DNA of 64,000 bases from Eledone cirrhosa (GCA_964016885.1 OZ024742.1:154132001-154196000), one strand, 5' to 3'; numbered from the stretch's first letter, positions 1 through 12,624 are shown. Program-made: numbers and translations. Notes: a model not told the origin generated them from the sequence alone.

Positions 1-140
1 TTACACAAAAGTTAGTTCACCATACCGAGAACAATTATTTCACGTTAGCGGATCTTCAGCTCGCGATGGGCCCATTCCCATCTGAAGATCCGCTAAGGAG
101 AAACAACTGTTCTCGGTATGGTGAACTAACTGTAGTGTAA
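1..140. mobile_element. Short fold-back element (family E) with a hammerhead-like motif in each arm
   Basis: 1-59 is the reverse complement of 82-140 and is followed by (CA)n(TA)n. A shorter copy of the same inverted repeat is at 17582-17666. Confidence 0.75.
26..63 (-). ncRNA. Minimal type I hammerhead motif (family E)
   Basis: Minus strand reads CGAG-CTGAAGA-tccgctaacgt-GAAAT-AATT-GTT-CTCG, with stem I CGAG/CTCG. The plus-arm copy at 82-112 has stem II TCC/GGA but lacks stem I. Confidence 0.55.
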
Positions 141-141
141 T

Positions 142-206
<65 letters not shown>

Positions 207-212
207 AGAACT

Positions 213-420
213 TCTATTTAAATTGTTGGGATACAACAAGCAAACATCTTTATAACTGATATAAAGCACTCAACAAATTATTACAGTAAAAATACGATAT
301 ATTAACAAATGGAAACTATATTTATAAAACAATATTTATTTCATTTTACATATTTCAAGGACACCAAGTTAAATTATGGTGTGCTTTAATCAGATAAAAT
401 ATAATATAGAGCAGTTTTAT
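213..420 (-). mobile_element. pLTR-like repeat (family F) with degenerate hammerhead
   Basis: Homologous to 12945-13050 and 40490-40705. Minus strand reads CTGATTA..CACCA/TGGTG..GAAAT; the 13000-13046 copy has CTGATGA..GTACCA/TGGTAC. Confidence 0.5.
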
Positions 421-487
421 GAATAAATATTGACATACCCATAAAGAATGCGACCGTTCCTGCTTAGTTGACTGTATCTAGGCGATT

Positions 488-625
488 ACGCTGTCAAAAT
501 ATTCGATAAATATTCCACTACAGCCGACGCGAAGCGCTAGTTTTGGTTATTTGTCTGAGATTCCTTCATAGAAGCCTCATTCGTATAGCCTGGTCTATTC
601 GATTTTTTATATAGTTAATTATGCT
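488..625. repeat. Dispersed repeat; reverse-complement copy at ~21855-21990
   Basis: Shared motifs ggttatttgtc..gagattcc and cgcgaag in opposite orientation. Confidence 0.5.
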
Positions 626-682
626 AATTGGGAGAGGAATTAGTATATATTTTATCTTGTGATTCTATAGACATGTTTTATG

Positions 683-903
<221 letters not shown>

Positions 904-904
904 T

Positions 905-1951
905 ATATAAATATGTATGTACACGTACATACATATATGTATACAGACGTACAGTAGTATGTATATATATATACATACATGCACACATATATATATGTAC
1001 GTATGGATTCACCAAACATTTATTAAAATGCTCGGTGTGTTTGTAAACAAACATCCCGTATTAAGCTGTAGTGTCTAGTAACCATCGTTGCTCGTTTGTT
1101 CAACACTGACAAAGGAACACTGTACTACTTTCAAGCTTATTAGCTATCGTCAGCAACGTACACCTTCCTGTGAGGTTGTTGAACGTATATACTTACCTTA
1201 TGCATATTAACGGCTGAGTAGCCCAATTTGCTGACGATATCTAATAAGCTTGAAACTAGTACAGCGTTCCTTTGCCAGTGTTGAACAAACGAGCAACGAT
1301 GGTTGCTAGACACTACGGCTTAATACGGGATGTTTGTTTACAAACACACCGAGCATTATAATAAATGTTCGTTGAATCCATACGTACATATATATATATG
1401 TGTGCATGTATGTATATATATACATACTACTGTACGTCTGTATACATATATGTATGTACGAGTACATACTTATATTTAAGTAACAGCCGTACTAAGAGGT
1501 GGAAATGAAATTTCGTTTCATTTTTTCAGTTCATGGTTTTCGGTGCACCCGGCCGATTAACCCACTCGATATGCAAACTGGCCTACCTAGCCGTTAATAT
1601 GCATAAGGTAAGTATATACGTTCAACAATCTAGCATGAAGTTATACGTTGCTGACGATAGCTAATAAGCTTGAAACTAGTACAGTGTTCCTTTGTGAGTG
1701 TTGAACAAACGAGTAACGATGGTTGCTAGACACTACGGCTTAATACGGGATGTTTGTTTACAAATACACCGAGCATTATAATAAATGTTCGGTGAATCCA
1801 TACGTACATATATATATGTGTGCATGTATGTATATATATATACATACTACTGTACGTCTGTATACATATATGTATGTACGTGTACATACTTGTATTTAAG
1901 TAACAGCCGTACTAAGAGTGGGAAATGAAATTTCGTTTCATTTTGTCCGTT

Positions 1952-1952
<1 letters not shown>
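905..1952. mobile_element. Family A HHR element: inverted copy (905-1222) plus 420-bp tandem copies (1228-1952) in (TA)n
   Basis: CTGACGA at 1231 and 1651 (period 420) and reverse-complement TCGTCAG at 1147-1153. Related copies at 11635-11805 and 53320-54470. Confidence 0.85.
1645..1687 (+). ncRNA. Minimal type I hammerhead ribozyme (family A)
   Basis: ACGTTG-CTGACGA-T-AGCT-aata-AGCT-T-GAAAC-TA-GTA-CAGTGT: stem I with G-U pairs, palindromic stem III ACTAGT, GUA site. Confidence 0.8.
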
Positions 1953-2048
<96 letters not shown>

Positions 2049-2049
2049 G

Positions 2050-2660
2050 TCAGGTCACCACTTGGTGCTACTGGTAACATGTATTCCAGTACAACCTGTC
2101 TCATGGTCGGGTCGTTGGCGACTAAACTGGCAACCCCACCAAGGTTTCTTGGTGAGGAGGGTGATTTTGGACATCCTGCAGGACTAAAAACAAAACCTGT
2201 CAAAGGGCTAAGGAGCTCTTAAGAGTCAATGGCCATCCAAAATCACCGGGAGTGATGACCCCTTAGCCTTTGTCAAGGCAGAATTCTAGGAGAAGGAAAA
2301 CTCTGATATAACACCTGCAACCCTGATGGTATCCAATGATGTTGACTTGTTCTTCTTTTTGGTAAATATCATCTTGGTTAAGAGAGTGGGACTGGCTTTG
2401 TGCAGTGCCTTTGCTCACTATAAAAGCTTCACGGCACAGGCATTGCTTTATATCTGGAGATCTCTCTGCACTTGTCCTCACATGGTACCATGGGCCCAGC
2501 ACTATGTGTCAATAATTGTCACAAGTGTAGTGTTTGTACCAGAGTTTTCAAGTCGCTGGCTGGACTAAAATGTCACACTCGTTCAGCGCATTGGTAGGAG
2601 TTCTCCTACATGGATATAAAGTAGTGGCCGTACTCGAAAACGAGTTGGCAGCCACCATAT
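2050..2660 (+). mobile_element. Non-autonomous RTE-clade LINE derivative (5' region joined to C-terminal C2H2 finger and 3' tail)
   Basis: 2520-2597 translates to HKCSVCTRVFKSLAGLKCHTRSAHW*, a C2H2 finger like RTE C-termini. RTE-like 3' end ggccgtactcg..gcagcc. Homologous copies at 12260-12450 (-) and 13255-13850 (+). Confidence 0.65.
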
Positions 2661-3099
2661 GTATATATATATATATTTAATGTAGGAGGTGAGTTTTATT
2701 GTAGCAAAATAAAGCAATGTGAATATCGGATAAGTAGCACTCTACAGTTTGTAGGACTGGAGTGTAAATAATATTAGTATACAGCTAATATCTAACACCT
2801 TACTATTTTAAAATCCTTTTTTCTCAAAACTTATATATCTTTTACAAATATACCATCTTTCTACCTTATTTCAATATTATTTATTATATATTATATAATA
2901 CAAGTTACTCATTCTATATCATTCTTCTTTATCATTTTCCTTTCTTCCTCTTTTCCTTTTTAATTTCTAACCTCTAATCTGTACCTTTTCTTCCTAACTA
3001 CTTCTCAATTCTTAGTATTACTCACTACAACATTATCCATTCTTCAATCTTTCTTCATATCATTGGCCATAACAATTATTTGTTTTAATAGATTAGAGT

Positions 3100-3470
3100 T
3101 TTACCATTAGAAGTCCTACGTAAACATATAATTTTTTTGACGTTAGATTTTTTCTTCTTTAAAGTTCTCGTACCTCCTTCATCCTTTCATGCTCGTTTTA
3201 AACTAATACTTAATTTGACTTTTACATATTACAATACATAAAAACAAACTTAAACCATGACTGATTTCTTTTAATATATTATTATATTATTACCATTAGA
3301 AAATATTTCATAAACATATATTTTTTTTAAGTTAGATATCTTCTTCCTTAAACGTTATTTTCTTCTTTGCCTTCTGCGCTCATTTTTAAACACACTATTT
3401 ACGTACACATATTACGTACACATATTACATTACATAAAAACAAACTTAAACCCTAACTAATTCCTCTAAA
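3100..3470. repeat. ~190-bp diverged tandem duplication in an AT-rich pLTR-like segment
   Basis: ttaccattagaa...acataaaaacaaacttaaacc occurs at ~3101-3257 and ~3290-3452. Confidence 0.6.
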
Positions 3471-4108
3471 TTCATAACTCATTCATTATTCTCCTTCTTT
3501 TCACATTATATCCTTAATAACATTAATATTTTTATTTTAATAATACATATTAATAATTTATTTTCCTCGCACATATTATTAAACCCTTAAATATACAAAC
3601 CTTAATTTAATATTATTCTTAATTCCTTTTTCTTCATGCATAAACCTCATTAACTTCTAATTTCAAATTCTTTTAAATTATCTATTATCTTCCAACGGCT
3701 TTTTAATTTCTCTTAGTGTGACAATATAATTTTTTTTCTCAGATGTAAAGGATATCTCTCTCTCTATCACCCATCTCTCCTCCTCTCTCATCCTTCCTTG
3801 TTTTACTCCTCCCCCACCATTCTTTATTCTCATGTCTTCCTCTTCCTTACCTTTTCCAACCCCCCTCACTTTTTCGCAATCTCACACATCAATCTTAATT
3901 TATTTTTCATATATTTATTTAAAACTTCACAATTCACAAGTGTTTTTTAAGCTTCGTATAATGTCTCCCTATTTTATCTGATGAAAACGCAGATATCATC
4001 ACATGACGATCTTTGTTTTTGAAATGCGCATAATAAAATACTTGGAACTCTTTTCACCACCTTTTGATGTTATATATATATATACAACACACATACATAC
4101 ACACACAT

Positions 4109-4157
<49 letters not shown>

Positions 4158-4169
4158 ACACACATACAT

Positions 4170-4256
<87 letters not shown>

Positions 4257-4263
4257 TATATAT

Positions 4264-5040
4264 CGTTTTGTGATATTTTGTAATTTTGCAATAATAACAC
4301 ACATACAGAATTCATCCGCCAAAACTAAGGGTTGCCTCTCTTGCCGAGCCCCACGTGGGTTTTGATAACGGCCAGTCTTTCGCCTGGCACTTGAACTAAA
4401 AGCCTGTTGAGAAAGTGACTTCCCTGTTCAATCATCTTACCAAAAGCTTAACATTATTTGTCTAAGCGGACCGTACTTGATTTAAGAGTAGCAGAAACCC
4501 AAATGCTGGATATTTTATCAACCTTCCAGAGGTCCGGGTATAATTTTTCAATCATATTTTATTTGTTTGACCCGAATTACTTGGTCGTTTCTATGGCTGT
4601 GCGGATAATGGTTTAAGCATCGTCTCAGTGTGTTTGGCCTTTTAACTTATGTTGTAGCTGTAGTTCATTAGCTTCTATGGAGCGCTTGCCACACATCTCG
4701 GAAGTTGTTTCTCGCTAATTTCCAATAGCCGAAATACGATTGTCGCTAATTTATATTTGTATTAATCTCCGGAGTCTAGCTATTGACCAGTTAATTTTCT
4801 TGATTTTGTTTTAGTTAATTCTATTGACTGATGAATAGTTTTGTTAATTTTAAAACCATTCTGTTGAGAACTTAATTCGTTTTGTGATATTTTGCAATTT
4901 TGCAATAACAACACACATACTGAATTCAGGTTGCCCCCCTTTTCAAGCCCCACGTGGGTTTTGATAACGGTCTGTCTTTCGCTTGGCACCTGTACAGAGT
5001 GCGCAGTTATTTGATATACTAGAGTTGCGGTAAACTCCAC
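4264..5040 (-). mobile_element. PLE pseudo-LTR region with internal ~610-bp repeat
   Basis: 4264-4390 is repeated at 4879-4990; 4480-4870 is the reverse complement of the 8020-8935 family; lies downstream of the PLE endonuclease fragment. Confidence 0.6.
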
Positions 5041-5059
5041 AGTTCCGAAGTTTTGTCCA

Positions 5060-5800
5060 AAGAATTGAGTATTTTAAATTCCTCTCTTTTAATGACCATA
5101 TGAGCTGTGATAAAGACGGGGATGATTTCCTCTTGGAGTTCTAGAATGAGCATTTATGGTTCGCTAATCTGGCTTTAAAATGTAGAAGTAGATCCTATGT
5201 AGTTGTATACGTTGTGATCAGTTTTTACGGTGCATTTATAAACCAAATTACTATCTAGACAATCATTTTGCAAAGGGCAATCAGTTTTATTTCTACAATT
5301 ACATTTAGGTTTAGTATCATTTATGTTAACTCTATTATTAATATCATTATGCTGGTTTTGTTTTAGGATTTTAGTGTTTAATTTGGCAATGTTTTGGGCC
5401 ATGTGCATAGTTGTAGAATACGAGAATTTAATGGTATGTCTATTAAAAATCGAATGGTATTTATGTTGAGTAGGGAAAGAGGTGTGCAAAGCGTTAACAA
5501 ATAATTTTGCAATTGGTGTTTTAACTGCGACCGAAGCCGGGAGCGGGGGACCATATGATTGATTTAGTTCTAGTTCTTATCCTCGATTTATTTGGGGTAT
5601 GGGTGTTTGAATCATAATTATTAGAGTTTCTCTTATATATGTTATTATTTTAATTAATATTAATATTTGGATTATTATTATCTAGATATTCTATATTATT
5701 CATATATCCTGCTCTTTTTAACGCGTTGTTGTCGTATTCAGCGTTTTCATCGAATATAGCTTTATTGGGTGATGTTTTATTAATTCATGTTTGCACACTA
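5060..5800 (-). pseudogene. Penelope-like element (Hydra-clade-like) thumb and GIY-YIG endonuclease fragment
   Basis: ORF 5175-5489: FPTQHKYHSIFNRHTIKFSYS...CNCRNKTDCPLQNDCLDSNLVYKCTV...YIGSTST. Confidence 0.8.
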
Positions 5801-6089
5801 TTTACTATAGCTTTTTTTTTACAGATTTAGGGTGATTGGAATGGTTACTAACATAGTTTAAGTTTCCAATGAAAATTAAACTGTTAGTATCCATTCCAAT
5901 CACCCTAAATCTGTAAATAAAAAGTGTGTGTGTATATATATATATATATATAAATAGTATTAAGGATACTATTTATGTATATAATAAAACCTTTTATGGT
6001 TATATATTTTTTATATAAACCCCAAATAGTGAAAGATAGTCATTCATTACTATCTTATTACCAGTAAGATAAATAGCTCAATGTAATAA

Positions 6090-6645
6090 CATCGGTTGTT
6101 TTACAGAGCAGTTATATAGAGATTACAATAATCAAAGTTCAGTTTAAAATCATTTATTTGCTTACAATTGTTTCCTCCAAATCGAGGTTTGGATTCTTCG
6201 GAGCAACTATTTAGTGATCTATAACATACTTGACCTCCTTTTCAACGCAAGAGACATATAAAAACATATGCATATATTGACCCACAGTGGGATGGCATCC
6301 ATCATAATGATATAGCATGGCATTTATATATAAAGGTTAAAGAATAAAAATAAAAGTAAAAATAAAAATAAAAATGAAACATTGGCAGTTTATGAAGGTT
6401 AAGCAAGAGGAAAGTTTAGAGTATTCAGTGTATGAAACAATCTCACGTGTAGCATGCACGCATGTCTTATTTATACAGGATTAGAATGCGGCAGATTGTT
6501 ACTTGTATGTCTCTTGTGTTGAAAAGGAGGTCAAGTATGTTATAGATTACTAAATAGTTGCTCCGAAGAATCCAAACCTCGGTTTGGAGGAAACAATTGT
6601 AAGCAAATAAATGATTTAAACTGAACTTTGATTATTGTAATCTCT
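6090..6645. mobile_element. Fold-back element (family C) with two CCGAAGA-core hammerheads
   Basis: 6118-6258 is the reverse complement of 6506-6645. Confidence 0.85.
6558..6606 (+). ncRNA. Type I hammerhead, U4C core variant
   Basis: TTGCT-CCGAAGA-A-TCCAAAC-ctcg-GTTTGGA-G-GAAAC-AATT-GTA-AGCAA. Second copy on the minus strand at 6158-6206. Confidence 0.8.
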
Positions 6646-6761
6646 CTCTCTCTCTATATATATATATGTGTGTGTATGTGTGCATGTGTATGTATGTATA
6701 TGTACATGTGTGTGTGCATATGTGTATATATATATATATATGTGTATATATGTGTGTACAA

Positions 6762-6805
<44 letters not shown>

Positions 6806-6830
6806 GTATATATATTTATGTGTGTATATG

Positions 6831-6864
<34 letters not shown>

Positions 6865-7148
6865 TGCATGTATGTATATATGTGTGTGTATGTGTGTATG
6901 TGTATATATGTAGACATATGTGTGTGTATATATGTGTGTATGTATGTGCATATGTGTGTATATATGTATATATGTACGTATTTATGTATATGTATGTGTA
7001 TGTATACATGTATGTAAATGTATATATATATATATATAAATGAAAGGTATACAAAAACACTGCAGCGAAAAGCGAACAGCATTCCATAATATATATATAT
7101 GTATATATATATTTTATATATATATGTGTGTATATATGTGTATGTATG

Positions 7149-7233
<85 letters not shown>

Positions 7234-7238
7234 AGATA

Positions 7239-7269
<31 letters not shown>

Positions 7270-7372
7270 GTCTGTCTTAATATATGTGTGTATATGTGTA
7301 TGTGTGCATGTGTGTATATGTATATATATATATATGTGTTTGTATATGTGTGTATGTGTGTGGGTGTATATA

Positions 7373-7406
<34 letters not shown>

Positions 7407-7479
7407 TATGTATACGTATGTATATATGTGTGTATGGAGGGTGTGTGAGTGTTCGTGAATGTGTCTATTGACACCTGAA

Positions 7480-7846
7480 ATATAGGCATTGTTAGCTTAA
7501 GAGACACTTAAACATAAGGAGTGGCACCCCAATCTGAACTTGTTTATAGAATTCTTTCAGCCTTTGTCACTCTAAATATAAATCATAGCTTTAAAGTATT
7601 AGCCTTTAAATAATTCCCTTTTCTATCAACTAATGACCTCTACCCATCCTATTCCCCACCCTCTCCTACCACCTGAAAAGACCTATAAATACCACATTTA
7701 TTTTTGGATAGCCAGATTCCTGATGATTTCTAAAAATGAAACAGTTCTAGTCCTGTAGATTCTCCTCTATATTAAAACTGTTATACTCTGCTATATATTG
7801 AGTACCTTACTTACTGTGGTTACCTCCGATTCAACCCGGAATAACG

Positions 7847-7850
<4 letters not shown>
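7480..7850 (+). mobile_element. Family B pLTR-like element with hammerhead at 7715-7762
   Basis: GATTC-CTGATGA-tttctaaaaat-GAAACAG-ttctagtc-CTGTA-gattc; ends in (TA)n. Same family at 8985-9480 and 19060-19240. Confidence 0.8.
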
Positions 7851-7879
<29 letters not shown>

Positions 7880-7940
7880 ATATATAAATATCACTAGTTA
7901 CTTCGATTCTTTAATAATGCATATGACCCTCCCCAAATAT

Positions 7941-8011
<71 letters not shown>

Positions 8012-8017
8012 CATACC

Positions 8018-8935
8018 AATTATCGAGAATCGGAACTTCGGCCCACGAAATAACGAAACACAATCTTCGAAATGTGTGGCAAAGTGCTCAATAGTTTGGA
8101 TAAACCAGAGCTATAACTAACGTTTAAATATCAACACACTGAGACAATGCTTAAACAATCACTCGCACAACCGAAAAACGCGACCAAGAGAATTCGGGTC
8201 AGATAAATAAAAATATATATGAATGAACATTTTATCCGGACCCCTGGAAAGATGGTAAACTCCAGCATTTGGGTTTCTGCGGCTCCTAAATCAGTTACCG
8301 TCAGCTTACATAAAAAAATATCCGGCTTCTGGTAAGAAGATGAACAAGGAAACCACTTCTTCAACGGGCGTTTAGTTGAATAATACAAGGGAACCCGTTA
8401 CTAAATCCACATGGGGTCCAGCAAGGGAGGGAACCCCTATATTAGGCGAATGAATTCAGTACTGTATATTATTGTAAAAATACAAAATATCACATATCGA
8501 ATTAGAGTTCTCAACAGACGGGTTAAAATTAACATGAGCTATTCATCAGTCAATAGGATCAACTAAAAAATCAATAAAATTAACTGATCAATAACTAAAG
8601 ACTGGAGATAAATACATATAAATTATCGAGAATCGGAACGTCGGTCCACGAAATAACGAAACGCAATCTTCGAAATGTGTGGCAAAGTGCTCAATAGTTT
8701 GGATAAACCAGAGCTATAACTAACGTTTAAATAGCAACACACTGAGACAATGCTTAAACAATCACTCGCACAGTCGAAAAGCGCGACCAAGAGAATTCGG
8801 GTCAGACAAATAAAAATATATATGGATGAACATTTTACCCGGACCCCTGGAAAGATGGTAAGTTCCAGCATTTGGGTTTATGCGGCTCCTAAATCAGTTA
8901 CCGTCAGCTTACATAAAAAAATATCCGGCTTCTTA
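8018..8935 (+). mobile_element. 603-bp tandem repeat of a PLE pLTR family between (TA)n tracts
   Basis: tatcgagaatcggaac at 8021 and 8624; homologous to 4264-5040. Confidence 0.75.
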
Positions 8936-8984
8936 TATAGATATATTTATATATACATTTATATATATATATATATATATATAG

Positions 8985-9480
8985 GTTTTAATATAGATGA
9001 GATTCTACAGGACTAGAACTGTTTTATTCTATAGAAATCATCAGGAATCTGGGTATCAAAAAATAAGTATGGTATTTATAGGTCTCTACAAGTCATAGGA
9101 GAGAGTGGGGAGTGGGATGGGTGTAAGTCATTGGTTGATAGAAAAGGGAATTCCTTAAAAGCTAATTCTACAAAGCTATAGTTTATTTTTATAAATAAAC
9201 TATATTAAATAAACTATAGCTTTTTAGAATTAGCTTTTAATGAATTCCCTTTTCTATCAACCAATGACCTACACCCATTCCACTCCCCACCCTCTCCTAC
9301 CACTTGTAAAGACCTATAAATACCATACTTATTTTTTGATACCCAGATTCCTGATGATTTCTAAAGAATGAATCAGTTCTAGTCCTGTAGAATCTCATCT
9401 ATATTAAAACTGTTATACTCTGCAATGTATTGAGTACCTAACTTACTGTGGTTACCTCCGATTCAACCCGGAATAACGTA
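8985..9480. mobile_element. Family B fold-back element, HHR motifs at 9001-9049 (-) and 9346-9394 (+)
   Basis: Arms are reverse complements. Both have CTGATGA and stem I GATTC/GAATC; GAAA is mutated to AAAA and GAAT respectively. Confidence 0.8.
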
Positions 9481-9499
9481 TATATATATATATATATAT

Positions 9500-9690
9500 A
9501 TAACGAAGGAAAAGTGGTAAGGAACCAGATGGACCATAACGCACCAAAGTACTAAATACTTAGGGAAGTAGACTTGGTAATAGGAATACGTAGGACCCCG
9601 ACGGCTGAGCTCCAGCCGTTTCGACGGCTAATTCTGGACTGAATTAGCCGTCGAAAAGGCTTGAGCTCAGCCGTCAGGGTCCTACTCGTT

Positions 9691-9695
<5 letters not shown>
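9500..9695. mobile_element. Family G fold-back (Hydra-like PLE pLTR end) carrying only the 3' half of a hammerhead
   Basis: GAAAC-GGCT-tgagctc-AGCC-GTC stem III motif in both arms. Related at 26465-26525, 60435-60640 and 61700-61840. Confidence 0.65.
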
Positions 9696-9732
<37 letters not shown>

Positions 9733-9758
9733 TGACTAGTTACTTCGAGTCTTTAAGA

Positions 9759-9797
<39 letters not shown>

Positions 9798-11799
9798 CTA
9801 ACCAAGCCAAAGAATCATTTCAATGTAAATATATATAAGTACGTGTATGTGTGTCTATGCGTGTGTATGGGTTTGTGTGTATGTGTGTATGAGTTTGTGT
9901 GTTTGTGCGCATGTGTTAATGTATATTTGTATGTATGTGCAAAGACAGGAAATATTCAGCTTGTTGCTCGAGCGTGTGGTTAACATACCGGGAGTACGGG
10001 ACTTCTATTTCTTTTTAGGAGAACTTTCTAAGAGGAAGAAATATCTGATGAAAAGCCTGTGACTCAATGGCAATCAATGGTTTTGGCGTGATTTTCTTTT
10101 TGCTTAGCTCGCATCGTTGTTCAGAGAGTGGGATTGGTAAAATGAAATGCCTTTCTTCATTTAAAATGTTTCAAGCACTATGATTTAATCTAAACAAGCT
10201 TCACGTGTACTGAAGCAGCACAGCCTTTTCATTTTTTCTTCACTGCCGCATTGACAGAAAGAAAGCTAAGCCCTTGGCTAGGCGAAAAAATCGTGTTGGT
10301 GCCACCCATGTCATAGAAATATTTCAAAGAAAAGCAATTTATTAAAACTGAGAGGCAGGCATTTGTTAAGTATAAATCGTTTTCCGAAAACTTTTATTTA
10401 CCAAATACCACTCCTGTATTATATTCATTCCAGCTTTGAGTAGAATGTACTTCTCCAAGGTGCGACACAAATATCTGAACCACAGGAAATGTAACACAGT
10501 TTTGTGATGACCATGACTAATCATAGCTTCAGTGACGTGTCTGGATATTAGCTGCAAACAGGAATAAAATGTACATCGTGATCTTGAGTAGAGAAGAGCT
10601 TACGTTTTGCTCTTCAGCATCAATAAGTTTCCATAATAATTATTAAAATTATTCCTAGTAGGTGACTAAAATTTAAAAAAATAAAAACTTTTATCTGAGT
10701 AAAATTTCTTTCATGACAGTGAGAAAATGTTTTCGTATGGAAATTATTTTGTTTTTGCTGTTGGTGATGATGTATCTTTTGTTGGAGACGTAGATTATTT
10801 TTGCTGTTAACATTTTTTATTATACACATGAAAAGTGCCTTGAAGCAATGTATATACATTCAAATTTCTTTGCGAATCTCAGCCTAACCTCTATATTGAT
10901 TTACAATTAAAATTGAATATCAGAGGAGAGGATATGTTAATCAAAAGTAGGTTGTTGCATGATACAAATTTAATTAGATTAGTTTCATGTGTACACAGAT
11001 TTTTTTGTGGAAAAAAAACCAGTGTCGCATAATTTTTTACAAAGAATTAGAGAAATATTTAAATAAATAAAATAAATATAAATTTTATTAATAATAAAAA
11101 TGATGGAAGTATTAGTTTAGCAGTTAAATACAATATATATACATATATATATATATATACGTCACAGGGATTTAATCTGAAAACATCTGTCTAAGTATAT
11201 CGTATGTATTTCCATAGAAATCTCATTCGACAGCCATTTTGCAAATTACAGTACGTTCAAACTAAGCTCTCTTTTATAGCATGAACATATAGAGACCATT
11301 ATCAGGATGTATTCAGGGAAATGTAAATTTATATGCCAAAAGATATAATTCTATTTATTTTCTTATTTGTTTTCGACGTCTTGAAACAAGTTTTGACAGA
11401 TTTGTTGTGAATTCATATCCATAAAATACTCTTTCAGCAAAGTTGTACTGGTTTATATTCAAAGTTTAGAACTCTTTATGATATTCCTAACTGAAAATTT
11501 ACATTTGTATTAGTATAGAAATCATGATAAATTGGAGCAACTATATGTATGGAACTAGCGATATGGTTTTGTGTGTGTGTGAGCTATATATGTATACTGT
11601 ACACACATATATATAGATATATATAGATGTAAAATAATGAAACGAAATTTACGGCTGTTTGTTTACAAACAAACAGAACATTATAATAAACATTCGGTAA
11701 GCCCATTCGTACATATATATATATATGTGAATGTATGTATATATATATATACATACTACTGTGCACTGTACACATATACGTATGTACATATACATACTC

Positions 11800-11854
<55 letters not shown>

Positions 11855-12176
11855 AGGATTTGTGTCATATTTAGCTTTCAATAGATGGATATATACTTGC
11901 GGTCACTACTCCATACAAGTACTCTGTATTAGAGCGGTCGTGCCTCACCGAAACATCCAACAGTAGTTGATATGATCGGCTTGCCACTAGTAGTATGAAC
12001 CAAATTCACCGTTACTTGATCATTGCCTTATCTACTGATACGACATCCTTCTTACCAATGTCGTCGTTTAACCCAGTCAGGACTGGTTTGACAGATTGCC
12101 TATCAAATCCAAAGAGCTCTGTCGGCTTTGAAATCGGAGTGGTCCCTCTCCTAGACAGATTGCCGACTAAGGCTAC

Positions 12177-12231
<55 letters not shown>

Positions 12232-12259
12232 TATATACACATTTACACAATGTTTGGAT

Positions 12260-12450
12260 GGCTGTTGACTCTTATGAGTTCTTCCGACCTTTGTCGGGTT
12301 TTGTTTTTGTCCTGCAGGATGTCCAAAATCACCCTCCTCACCAAGTAAACTTGATGGGTTTGCCGGTTTAGTCGCAGACTAGCCGACCATGCGACAGGTT
12401 TTACTGGGTTACATGTTACCAGTAGCACTTGTGAGTAGCAAGCTCAACCT
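12260..12450 (-). mobile_element. RTE-derived repeat, 5' part
   Basis: Reverse complement of 2060-2240. Confidence 0.6.
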
Positions 12451-12505
12451 GATGATGATGATGATGATATATATATATATATATATGCATATATGTATAT
12501 ATATA

Positions 12506-12559
<54 letters not shown>

Positions 12560-12624
12560 TATATATACATAAATATACATATATATAAATATAACAATAT
12601 AACAATATAACAATATATATATAT

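Noticed and set aside
1228-1952. CRISPR-like or prokaryotic repeat array
   Set aside because: The repeats are long tandem units without unique spacers, in a eukaryotic repeat context.
3975-4035. CTGATGA and ATGACGA..GAAATGCGCA hammerhead-like words
   Set aside because: No convincing stem I or II; at best a heavily decayed remnant.
4355-4405. TTGATAA plus GCCAG/CTGGC hairpin as a U3-A8 hammerhead or twister
   Set aside because: It is antisense to the adjacent PLE, has no GAAA or NUH arrangement, and lacks the twister loop AAG.
6090-6645. Fold-backs as MITEs with terminal inverted repeats and TA target duplication
   Set aside because: The arms have unequal 3' ends, contain oriented hammerheads, and in several families match pLTRs attached to PLE ORFs. 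No transposase is seen.
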